A stretch of DNA of 64,000 nt. It comes from Tubulanus polymorphus. Lineage: Eukaryota > Animalia > Nemertea. Made by a program: the position numbers and the translations under genes. The stretch's first letter is position 1. Every line of letters begins with the position of its first letter. The stretch is taken from contig NC_134026.1 of assembly GCF_964204645.1 (NCBI RefSeq), forward strand, positions 2,007,950-2,071,949. Direction: 5' to 3'. The notes below the pieces were generated by a model that made no database searches, was not told the origin of the DNA, and saw nothing but the letters and a program-made list of their open reading frames with translations. Of this stretch, positions 1 through 11,290 are shown in pieces.

Positions 1-227
1 GCTACAACATACATGATTCTCTTACTGTTTCCATCTGTTATATTCAATACCGGTATATTGATGTTCATACCGAACGACCAAACCATATTCTACAAAACAA
101 ACAGATAATTAAAGATTGAAATCCAAGTATTTCGCAAGCCACAAATATTTGATATTCAGGTGCCAGTTTATTTAATTAACTATAAGGACCAGTTGCTCAA
201 AATTTGGTTTATTAAGTTAACTTTCAG

Positions 228-1245
228 TTATTCCGATGCAGTTTTAATCTTTAATATGTCATTTTTCAAATGTGACCATAAATTAGCCGTACGTACCAAT
301 GCATTCATACCGCGTTCTGAAGGAATAAGAAACTCTGATTGGTCCGGTGTTTTGCTCGGGGCTGGTGGTGCACTCGGAATATTAATCCCAGTCTCTTCTG
401 GAGACCTGAATATCAAAACATCGATAATAAATTAGTTCAAATAGAGAAGTAATGAACATGTTGAATATCGATCTAGTTCGTTTGTACCTGGGTGGAGCAC
501 TGGGAGTTTTTGGAAGGGATACACCTGATGATGGACATGGAGATGAAAATGAAGGTGGTTGCGCTGGTGATTGTGGAACATCATCAGCCAACTGGTTAGC
601 AGGTGTCTGGTCATCTGGTGTCTGTTCAGCAGGTGTCTGTTCAGCAGGTGTCTGGTCATCTGGCGTCTGTTCAGCAGGTGTCTGGTCAGCAGGTGTCTGG
701 TCATCTGGTGTCTGTTCAGCAGGTGTCTGTTCAGCAGGTGTCTGGTCATCTGGTTTCTGTTCAGCAGGTGTCTGGTCAGCTGGTGCCTGTTCAGCAGGTG
801 TTTGGTCAGCTGGTGTCTGTTCAGCAGGTGTCTGGTCAGCAGGTGTCTGGTCAGCTGGCGTCTGTTCAGCAGGTGTTTGGTCAGCAGGTGTCTGGTCAGC
901 TGGTGTCTGTTCAGCAGGTGTCTGGTCATCTTTCCCTTCAGCTCCATTATTTGATGCATTAGTGTTCTCAGTTTGCAATTCACTATCATCGACCTCTCTC
1001 TCCTCATTTTCAGTTTCATCTACCTGATCACTTGCAGTTACTGCTGTTTCCTCATCTTCGTCAACAGCATCTATGACTTCAGCAGAAACTTTGTCTTCTA
1101 ACTGACTTGTATTTGTAGCATCACTCGCTTCAGTAGTTTCTACATTTTTTAATTTGGCAACTGAATTCTCTTCTATCTGATCAGCATCATTAGACGAATT
1201 TGTATTTTCTGCGGTCACCTCCGGTTTATTTTCAGGGTCTGACAT
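228..1245 (-). CDS. Uncharacterised acidic, low-complexity protein with a pentapeptide repeat; two coding exons (1245-488 and 405-228)
   Basis: ORF 382..1266 joins ORF 228..416 through an 82-nt GT-AG intron (487-406), giving ...SAPP-R-SPEETG...KIKTASE*. MSDPENK start follows a splice acceptor at about 1260. No family recognised. Confidence 0.7.
597..930. repeat. Coding 15-bp tandem repeat, about 22 units encoding QTPAE/QTPAD/QTPDD
   Basis: Unit cagcaggtgtctg(g/t)t is read directly. It explains the overlapping spurious ORFs in other frames. Confidence 0.95.
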
Positions 1246-1696
1246 CCTTAATGAATCCTGTAGCATTTAGAAAATAGTCAGAATTTATGTTGCATACTGT
1301 CTACTGACGAGAGTAAGATGTAGCCATTATTGGCTATTTTATTCATTAAAAAAATACAGCAAAATCTGCAATCAGAGGAGACTTTTTAAGACGATATAGC
1401 TAGACCTACCTAGTCAAATGTTGACGTTGTCGTTGTGTATTAAGAGTAGTAAGAAGACAACACAAATGATTTTGGATTTTTGTTGTTGTTGTTTTTGGAC
1501 ATTAAACTAAAGAAAAATATAATTCATTGTATGGCACACGAAGAATAAAGTGAAATACCTATTAGTTCAGTTAATTTACCAGTGCTGTATTTCTGTATCG
1601 TGTCAAAGATAAGAATTTAGTCTCTAGAGTCGAATTTATTAACGAAAAACCTCAGTACTAGCAGTGTATGGCGTCAATCATTCCCATAGAAACCGT

Positions 1697-1975
1697 TAGT
1701 GCTGCCACAGTGGTAACTTGCATGCCAGAGTAAGCATCGGTTCAAGGGATTCGAGTGGGGTTCGAACCGCATAGCTGTACTCGCGTGCCAGTGTCAAGCG
1801 ACCTGTTCTGTACTCGCTAGCCACTGTAAGCGACCTGGCTAACGGAGTGACGTTCGAATCCCATAAACTAGGCGTAAAAAAAAGTAGCTCAACGGATTCG
1901 AACCCCAGTGCACGACACACGCAGTAATCAGTTAACAACGAGACTGAGTGTTAGTTAATAATAATAATAATAATA
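1697..1975. repeat. Degenerate tRNA-derived or SINE-like segment with clustered B-box motifs, next to an (AAT)n tract
   Basis: GGTTCGAACC (about 1759), GTTCGAATCCC (about 1852) and GGATTCGAACC (about 1894); internal duplicated words aagcgacctg and tgtactcgc; A8 run; no full cloverleaf. Confidence 0.35.
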
Positions 1976-4898
1976 CTGAAGAATCTATTGCGTTCCTTTC
2001 ATTAAAGAGTCTAAGTCTATATTGCATGTACAATGTTTATTACATTAAATACATTATATCTCTATTTACAGTCTCTATATTCAAATATCGATCAGGAGTT
2101 CATCTATCATAGCTATAAATTATAAAAATGTTCAATTTAGCAAAAAGATTTTTTTTGTTCTTCAGAACATCGGCTAAGCGTTTAAACTCACAACTACAGC
2201 GCGTGATTAATCATTATATAGCCCATATAAACAGACTTCCCTTATTATTAATTAAAGGTAAATTCTACTTATCATACGTTATAAAGTTTGTTATACCTTT
2301 CAAATTTTTGAATACACTTTCTTCACAATATTCTTTCTAAAAAAAGCAACTCAATAAAATACAATTGATCATATAATGCCCACACAAAGAATACATCAAT
2401 GAGCACCAAGTGGGAAAGTGGTGGAATTTCTGACGTAGGCAAGCCAAGCAATTAATTCATAAATCTATTGAATTCAATATCAATAAGTAAAAGATTTTGA
2501 ATTTAAAAAAAAATGATAATAAATACGTACATTGAAATAAATTAACTTAAGTTCCAGTGGTTGCGGGTGAATCTATGAACTAACCGACACCGCTTGCTTG
2601 TTTTGAAACTGGATGGCAAAAATATAATATATAACTGTTTACCGAAAGTGAAACTGTACATGAAATAACTTGAAGAGAAAAAAGTAATAAAATTGTCATC
2701 CGTTTGAAAATTAACGCAAGAAGAAAATTTGTGAGCCATTCGAGTTAATCCATATTCAAAAAAGAACCCCATTTAAAATGAAAATCAGATATCGGGGGTT
2801 TAGATCGAGTTCTACGGAGAGAACAATTCAAACTGGGTCAGTTCATTTGAAATGTGGTAACCGTAGTTATCACCTCGGTTAAGGATTAATCTTCGATACC
2901 CAGCCTAAAAACAGACCGGGCGGGATTCCATTTTGTTTCAATCACAGAACCTTTATACTTGAACCATATACATACGTAAATTTTACATATATACAAATCC
3001 GTTCATTGATGGAGTTTTATTTCAATCAATTATCGGAAACTATTATTTCATTATTTCACAAGTCCAACAATTTTGCTAAAAGTGTGTGGCCTTTAAATAA
3101 GCAAACACTTAATACAGTTCGATTTGAAATGAACCATTCCCTGCAATTGATGATCTACACTGAACTTGGTGAAGTTTTTAAAAGATAAACTGAGCTTCTC
3201 TAAAGAGACTGTGAATTATCATTGATTACTTTACTGGCAGGGGTTCATTTTAGACTTTAGTTCGAAATCTATGAGTAATGGTGTTTAACTTAACGTATTG
3301 TCGAGTGAAATATACTGTATATTGTATAATAACAAGAAAATATAAATATATATATATATATATATGTGCTGTTTATGTATACGCTCCAATCTATTTATAT
3401 ATGTATATCTTCATTCATATGGCATGTACATTTATAAAAGACAACAGACAATAATTGATAAGTTATGAATTTTTCACTCTTTATATAGAATATAGTTACA
3501 TAGTGCGTGCACCCTTTTTAAATATGATATGTATGTACACAAATTATCCCCTCTCAAACTTTGTTCAAACGCAGATCAGCAAGTAGTACCTTCCCTATAA
3601 TCCAATTTCACTGCTGTGGACCGATTACTGGAGATTACTGGATCATTGAACTTCAAAGACCGAAAAGACTTAATCAACAATTCTCGGATAAGATTTCGTA
3701 TGTTCTGTTATGCACCTCATTCAAAGGTCCTTTACTTTGTCAAAATGAACAAACTTCAGCACGTTACAGAATCAGGAAAACATCTAGGAATGTCTACACA
3801 TTTCATATTTTATGATATAAATCACAAAATATGAATCAATTTGAATACAATTTTCCGTACTAAAGAAACTGGCTTAAAATCCCTGCTCTAGTTCAGAAAA
3901 TTAACAATTATTCTACAAGGAAACATTCACTATTCAATCGCTCGTTCTACTACTATCACGACAATTATCAGTCTAAACAAACAATGTTAGATATGAAGTT
4001 TGTTCCTGTCGGTACATGACTATAGCGAGTACAATATACATAATACTTTTTAAGGCATCGTTCAAGAATTGTTTTTTGTCCACATTATCGATTAGTACAG
4101 ACGTTGTGTGAAGTTTCTGTTTAAAATGGCTCAAGAGTTAAAACAAACGTACACTCAGCAACAACTTCTATCAATCAAACACAGATACACTGATACCATA
4201 CTGAATTCGATGTACGTATCTGTACCTATTCATATGAAAACATTCTCACCAAAGAAACATTTCGAAAGGTTCATTCCACAGTGGTTTTAGATAAAGACCC
4301 GTGCTGAGTACTATGCATGCATTTCCACTCCCAGTTTCTTAAGATTAAAAATTAAGGATAAACATCATCGCCCAAACTGTAAACCTAGATCCGGGCTGTA
4401 CGCTTTACATTCAAGCTTTGTGTATTGACATTTCGATAGATGCGATTGTCTATCTCTTTATAATGTTATTGAACACACGATATGAAAAGAAGCGATTTAT
4501 CTACAGTTCTTAACAGTAAATTTACAATTACGATTCAATGATCATGAAGTGTTTCATAACAAATTATAACATGATATCTATCTATCAATCTATCAATCTA
4601 TCTATTTTCTATTAACGAATAATTGGCCGCGGTGAGCATATATAATATACTTTAAGAATTGTAGAATTTCAAAATCCCTGAAACTACAGAACAGAGATCT
4701 GAAATTACTATAACAATACATCATCTAACACCAGTCAGAGTTTCTACTCAACATACAAATACTTGCAGAGGGGTTCCGGGCTTGAGGGTACACACCTCGG
4801 GTTAACGGAGAGCATATACAAAATCACAGATAACAAAAATAGTTTTCACAATCGAATAACTACAAAGCCGGCAACGTCTGTGAGTTGGGGGAACTCGA

Positions 4899-7800
4899 CT
4901 ACACCGATATTTCATAACTCGATCCATTTATATTCAACGAACTGCCGGCGCCACCTGTGCCTCGGCGTTGACTAGACGCCGGTTGCTGCTGAATCCTTCG
5001 ACTTTGCTCTCTTCCCTTCACGTCGACCGTATCCGACATTTCCAACGCCTTCACGAACGATATCGGTCGTTTGGCATTGCTATCCGAGACGACCGCGTAC
5101 GCGCCCATCGTACGCGCTAACTGTCCCTCGCTGGCGCTCGTTTTCGACCGAAAGTCGCTCGGACGTCCGTGAAACGGTTGCGATGACGTATTGAACGCAT
5201 CAGCAGTGTATCGTACGTCAGACGGATACTGATCCATCGTCCGTATGTTATCGCGACTCCCCGATCGATTGCGATGATAGTCTCGCGTTACGTATCCACC
5301 CAGCTGTGACCGGTCCGCCGTCGCCGGGCTGTTTATCGCGCCACTAGGTGGCGCCACTTTGCGACCGACGTGTACGCTGATCGGCGATGCCGACGATAGA
5401 ATATCCGCAGATTTCGATCGCGTCGGCGATCGAGTGTTGGAAGCGTAAACGACGGCACGCGGATAATGAATCCTCGGTGATTCGTCGTGTTGCTGAATCG
5501 GTTGTTTATAATGGTATTGCGCTGTACCGTGACTCGAATCGTACAGATTCGTGTACGAATCAGTTTTAGTCGTCGGCGATGGTTGACAATCTTGGCCCAA
5601 ACTCTGCATGTTGTCGTCCTCGTCCAGCGATAAACTTCGCTGCATCTGTAAGACGGAAATATAGAAATAATGAAAACGTACGAAAAACAATGCGTATAAA
5701 CAACAACTTGCGATATAAAACCATCGGTCAAAGATCGTAAATAATTCTCATGGTTGGAAACATCACCAGAATTTATACAACATATCGATATCAATTTACA
5801 TTTAACACATGTCATTCCCAGCACACAAATTACTCAAAGTGCGCTGATCTTGCAGAAACAATACGTTCAAAAATCATGCAGTATTTGTGTTATGACATGA
5901 GAAATAACACAGATCTTTTGATCTTCGTTAACAACAGTCATTGAAACCGCATAAATAACATACTTTACATATTTGTCGACATTGTTTCCGAGATAAACAT
6001 TTGACCCCCGAGAGGGAGGACTAAAGATGTTAGTTACTGACACAGTGAATATTTGTGCCTATGGTAGAGTACACATGTGCAATGACACCTAATTTTCCAA
6101 AAATCCAACCGATTCATAGAAATGAAATACAAATATGATAGGCCTATGTATGACATGATTTTATATCAATTTTGTACAATGTGTATGATGTGTATTGTGA
6201 TCGTAATTACATACATCCACACGGCTGCATACCATCTATCCCGGTGACATTTTTGAATTATAAAAAAAATCCAAAGCTCTACTTTCTTGATTGATGAAGA
6301 CATTCGTTGAAATTGATTTGGTTTCATGCAATTACCTGCATTCAATTAACGACAACACGTATGAAAAACACTGGGATAGACGAATGCTTAGACACACTAG
6401 CTGCGGTTATAATATCAACATATCTTAGTGTATAGTAAAAAGTGAAACAATGTATTTATCAAGGCAAGGAACCTTGTCTAGAAAGGACTGCCTCACATCT
6501 GGTTCTGATGATAAGTCGCCCGTCTCCTGCTAAAAAATACAGATATTCTTTTTATACTTTCTCCAAAACCGTGCGAATTTTCAGTGCGATGACCAAACCA
6601 AAAAGAGTACACCCGGATTATCATCAAATACCCCGCATTCATTCAGTTCAGATGAGGGAAGGAGGTTCTTAAATATTTACTGATGTCATAGAACGCTACG
6701 TATGTCGGGTATAGCTGATAATACAGGTGTTCAATAGGAAACTATGATACCAACGTTCACCCACTGAAAAGAAACATCACTGAACATTTTGCTAATTGCA
6801 GATAGTCAGTAATTCTACTATTTCCATAACCAGAAGGTCATATTTTAAAAAGCTAATTACTGTGTCTTCGCGTACAAGTATTTTATTATACAGTAGACTC
6901 AAAATACTGAATTAGGATCGATTGCGGCAAATATTGCAGCAAGGAATCTAGACGAGTGCTGAGTGAGTCTGAGTCTACTGCATCTCAAACAAATGAATTT
7001 CAGTAAAAAGTTCATTTACATTTAATTCATTGAATATAAGCATTATTATTATATAAGCAGCGTTAGATGAACTGATAATAAATCGTTAAAGCAAAACTGT
7101 AGCCATAATTCAACAAAAAAATCAATTTTTAGTCACATGTTAAGATTAATGGTTTGTACAAAATAAAGCTTTCGCAGATACATTATTCTGATATAAGCTT
7201 TCAATGCCCAATCATCATCTCGATATCTGCGTTTCTGTTGGAAAACATGCAAAAATACTTCAAAATTATATACCATTTGAGTAAGAAATATAACAGTTTC
7301 ATAGGAAATAAAAAGAATTCCGCCAAGGATATCTTATCCGAAATAATTTTTCAAAAATATTTCAAAACACAATGGACCGGTTTTCACGTAATCTATATCA
7401 TATATACACAAACACAATACGTTAGAATAAAATTTGGTTTGGTTGTTTTTTTAAGGGAAAGGACGCGATAAACAACAGCAAGAATAGGATTGGAAGGACA
7501 GAAAACTTTTAAATTTAAGATAAGTCTAGGATGATTCTATCCTACATCTAAATTCTGACAGAATATTTCATGGTATTCATAGTTCTACAGCTAAATTTGA
7601 TGTCCTAATTACTATAAAAGAATATTTTCAATCTTCCTTACCATATTAATCAGGTCACTGAACTAATGGATGATTGCTCAGAATAATGTAATAATGACAA
7701 ATGTTATTGAAAACTATCGAAAAAAGCTACGAAATTAAATTTCCAACTACACAAATGTTCATTAGATACACACACATTTTATTATCAAATATCACATATT

Positions 7801-10129
7801 ACTAATTGTCAGTATTTTTAGTGCCAGAAAATATTATTTTTTCTTATGTTATTTAGAATAAACAACAGTGAAAGCCAGCCAAAAGGTATTATATATGTAT
7901 AGTATTTATGTATGTATATATATATATATGTATATAAGGATAAGATTTACTTGGCATTTTGATAATGTGGTCAGGTCATTAAACTTAACTTCTGTTCCTC
8001 GAGTTCCTGGAAGTATACAGAATGCCAAATTGAATTAAATCAGTTGTCATTCTCATATTTCCACAACTATAAAATCGCGCTAATAAACGCCGAATATCCT
8101 TCATTCTTTAGACAACTGAAACAAGCTTTTCCTTCCTGATTGAGACACATAAAATTCTCATTCAAACGAGGAAGACACATCATATTTACAAGTCAAATAT
8201 GTACACTAGGAAGTATGAAACCTAGCAAATCGCGGATACTTTTTCAAACAATTACATGGTAGTTATTGTTAAGGATAGCGTCGAGTGCAAGACCTACCTT
8301 ATTATAGGTGTGTGAGTTGGATTTTTTTTGTATGCCATTGCTGTTATCCATATATATTTTAACATCATTCGCTGAAGCAGTGTAAGCTATTCTAGATGAA
8401 TCTAAGTTTACTATGTAGGCCTTTGAGGTTCGTCCGGCCAATCTGCAAATACATGACATACAATACCGTGAATGATTTCATTAAAACCCCTCATATTTAA
8501 AACTGAAATACCGCGTTAAGTAGACTTACCTCGGCCAGAGCGGTCCGCAAAGAGCAAATCGACAATTAAGCATACATCCCCTGGTGAAAGGGTTGTGTCC
8601 ACCACGGAATTTACCGGTGACCTAATTAAAAAATAAATTTGGATAAGAATAAACCTTACAATAAACTATTCAGTCAATCAGGTAAATGAACTGAAGAGAT
8701 ACCTGTTCATTGGTCGTTCTACCACGAGACACCAGCACCATATGAAAACCAGTTAATCCACAAATCGGTACAATTAACAAACCAATGATACACATCACAC
8801 TCATACTGTAAAATAACTCGTCAAGGAAACGATAACCAGTGCAAACAACAGTTGAAATACAAATAGGAACAGAACTATCTCCATAATCATCATAACAAAC
8901 GAGATCTACTGCATTTTGATAAAGGATACCATACAATGTTTTGAACAGAAACTAGATTTTCCTTGTGATCGAGGACGTAGACTAAACTTAAGGCAAATAT
9001 ACTCATCATGTGAATGGTTAACGAGATTAAAAACATGAAGAAAAATCGATAGTTTCTCCGTCCGACGCAGTTGTTCACCCACGGACAATGGTGATCAAAA
9101 GTCTACAAAACAAACGGTACAAATTTCAGATTTGAAGAAAGGAACACGCGATGCCACGACTACAGCTGCAATAATTTGACACTCACTTCGATACAAGTAT
9201 TGCAGACGCTGCAATGCGAACATCTCGGTGGTCTATAAAACTGGCAAGTCGTGCACCATTTCATACGCACTGTTATACCGCTTATATCTATGTTTTTATA
9301 CAGGGGAGCGCGAAAATCATCGTCTCTGACCTCATCATCGTGTGCTAAAAATTATAAACCATCAAATACTTTATTCATTTATATGTTTGGGCAAATGAGT
9401 TCAATATTGAATGCCTTTTGGTCTTAACAGTACAACACGAACAATATTTGACAGATTGAGGAAAACAAAACATCTGGGCCCCGTTTCATAGAATGGGTTT
9501 CAAAGTTACCCCCAACTTGGGTGAAAACCATCATAGTAATGATGAGAAACATAACTGACAAATTTCAAAATATTCCCAGGGATTATAGGTTGTTTCCTCA
9601 GACAGTTATGACCATGGACTTATCGTTTTAGGGTCCATGTTGCGACCAAAGACCGTGTTACTGTAATTCAACTTAATTTAGGCTAATTCAAACAGCTATC
9701 TATTGTTAAGGGCATAGGTGCTCACCTTTCGGATATGTTCCCGGATCCATGAACGTAGCCATGGCAAAATTTGCTATCACAAATATTGAAATTATTCCTT
9801 GGTATATCGGTATAGCTAGAGTGTAGACTAAAGCCAAATATGGACATCTGAAACATAAAATACTTTCCGCTGAAACCATTATCATCCAATCATCTGATTA
9901 TATCTTTACAGACCCTATTTTGGATTTCAAAATCAGACCCTTTGGTACGTTCCCAGCAGGTATGACACAAATCCAATCAAATAAATACGAAGAACAATTC
10001 TCGATTTCAGTATCAAATAAGTCGAGTTTTAATCTCTTACCCGAATACAAAGAAGAGAACTGTAGCGCCGAGTAATAAACTCCATGCTACTGTAGCTGGT
10101 ATTACTTTCGTAGAACATTTACATCCCAT
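4899..10129 (-). CDS. ZDHHC8: Palmitoyltransferase of the ZDHHC5/ZDHHC8 subfamily, multi-exon
   Basis: Starts [29 protein letters not shown]; DHHC cysteine-rich domain [45 protein letters not shown]; TTNEQV motif; C-terminal PDZ ligand SYEISV typical of ZDHHC5/8. Confidence 0.93.
5341..5354 (+). promoter_or_regulatory. CTCF-like motif CCACTAGGTGGCGC inside the last ZDHHC coding exon
   Basis: Close match to the bilaterian CTCF core consensus; lies in the inverted repeat gcgccac-tag-gtggcgc. Motif match only. Confidence 0.35.
8806..8929 (-). other. U12-type (minor spliceosome) GT-AG intron in ZDHHC5/8
   Basis: Donor GTATCCTTT; branch point TTTCCTTGAC (8829-8820) just upstream of the AG; splicing restores IVC-MSV. 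Confidence 0.9.
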
Positions 10130-11039
10130 TCTGTCCGAACTGCTGTTTTATTATTCACACTATGTAAGTATCTGTTGTGACATTTTTCAATACTCGGTCA
10201 GGCCATCATTTCCAGCGGCCCCGCCGGAAAGGAAGCTTGAACTTTCTAGTCGAATGGCTAATGCTAGCTGATTCAATCACCGCAGTTTTTCAAATCCTAG
10301 TTTAGTTCGTCGATAGTTTCTTTACCTGTAAAAACGGACAACGATCTTTTAGTGGTAGATGAAATGAATTAACTTAACAAATTCACACTGCTGCACAAAA
10401 TAAATTCGATGAAATTTAGGATCCCTGGCCCTCAGTAAGAATTTCATCGCAGGTAACTGGGCTTGACAGCTATGCTATTGCTGCCAGGTTCAAATCCTTT
10501 TTTCTTCCCTTTTTAACATGTAGGCCTAGGCTATGTATGTTTGAATGTCAGTAACAAACATTGTACTTATTTATACTGAATAAAGATTTGAATCACAATT
10601 TGCTCGGTTTCCCCCACTTAAATTTCCAAATTTCAAAACGTCAAAAAAGTTTATCTGAACCTTTTTTTGATTCGGTGATATTAAAGTTTACGAATGAAAT
10701 GTATTTCTATTGAATTGAGAGGAATGGTGATTGTTGCAGGCGCAGGATGGATTATAGTTAGTGAATGAAAGTCAGCCATATCACTTATAGCAGGCTAATT
10801 CAAAGATGCTATCTGCATAAAGTCCATCTCAAAGTAAAGTTCAATTTAGAGTTGAGAATAGCAGAATGACATGAATGATTATCGAGAAAGAAGAAATCTT
10901 TCTTAGTTGAAACCTTGCTTGGGCTTGGCTTGGATTTTGTTGCAGAATCAGAAATGCAGTTTCTTCGTGTTTAAAAGTTGCACTCTCTAGAGCTTCTCAA
11001 ATCGATCATCGCGTATAAATACAGCAATTTGAACAGTAC

Positions 11040-11290
11040 CTTAGTAAATTCATACATGTATCTTTCAATGCATCCTATACTGTGGCGATAAAATTGAAAT
11101 CTGGTCGGATTATTAGCGGTTTTTAATCGAGAAAAGAAGAGTCAACGATTTATATCCAGCCCAAAAATGGCGTAGGTGAAGGTCGATTCGGCTCCACGGC
11201 GCTAGATGGCGCCGGTGTGGACATCATCAGCTGACGGGTAAACCGAATGAATTTACAGAATTAAATCAAAAATCTACTGTGATCAGAGTC
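11040..11290. promoter_or_regulatory. Probable bidirectional promoter between ZDHHC5/8 and xylose isomerase
   Basis: Head-to-head genes; locally GC-rich; YY1-like AAAATGGCG (about 11164) and CTCF-like GCGCTAGATGGCGC (about 11199-11212). Confidence 0.45.

Noticed and set aside
597-930. Regular repeat considered as a CRISPR-like array
   Set aside because: Units are contiguous with no unique spacers, lie in a eukaryotic exon, and no cas genes are present.
432-1027. Four additional long ORFs overlapping the 15-bp repeat
   Set aside because: They are a by-product of a stop-free tandem repeat; only the acidic frame has a splice-supported continuation.
3345-4604. (TA)n and (TCTA)n microsatellites and short ORFs downstream of ZDHHC
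   Set aside because: Ordinary simple repeats in probable 3' UTR or intergenic DNA; the ORFs show no recognisable motifs.
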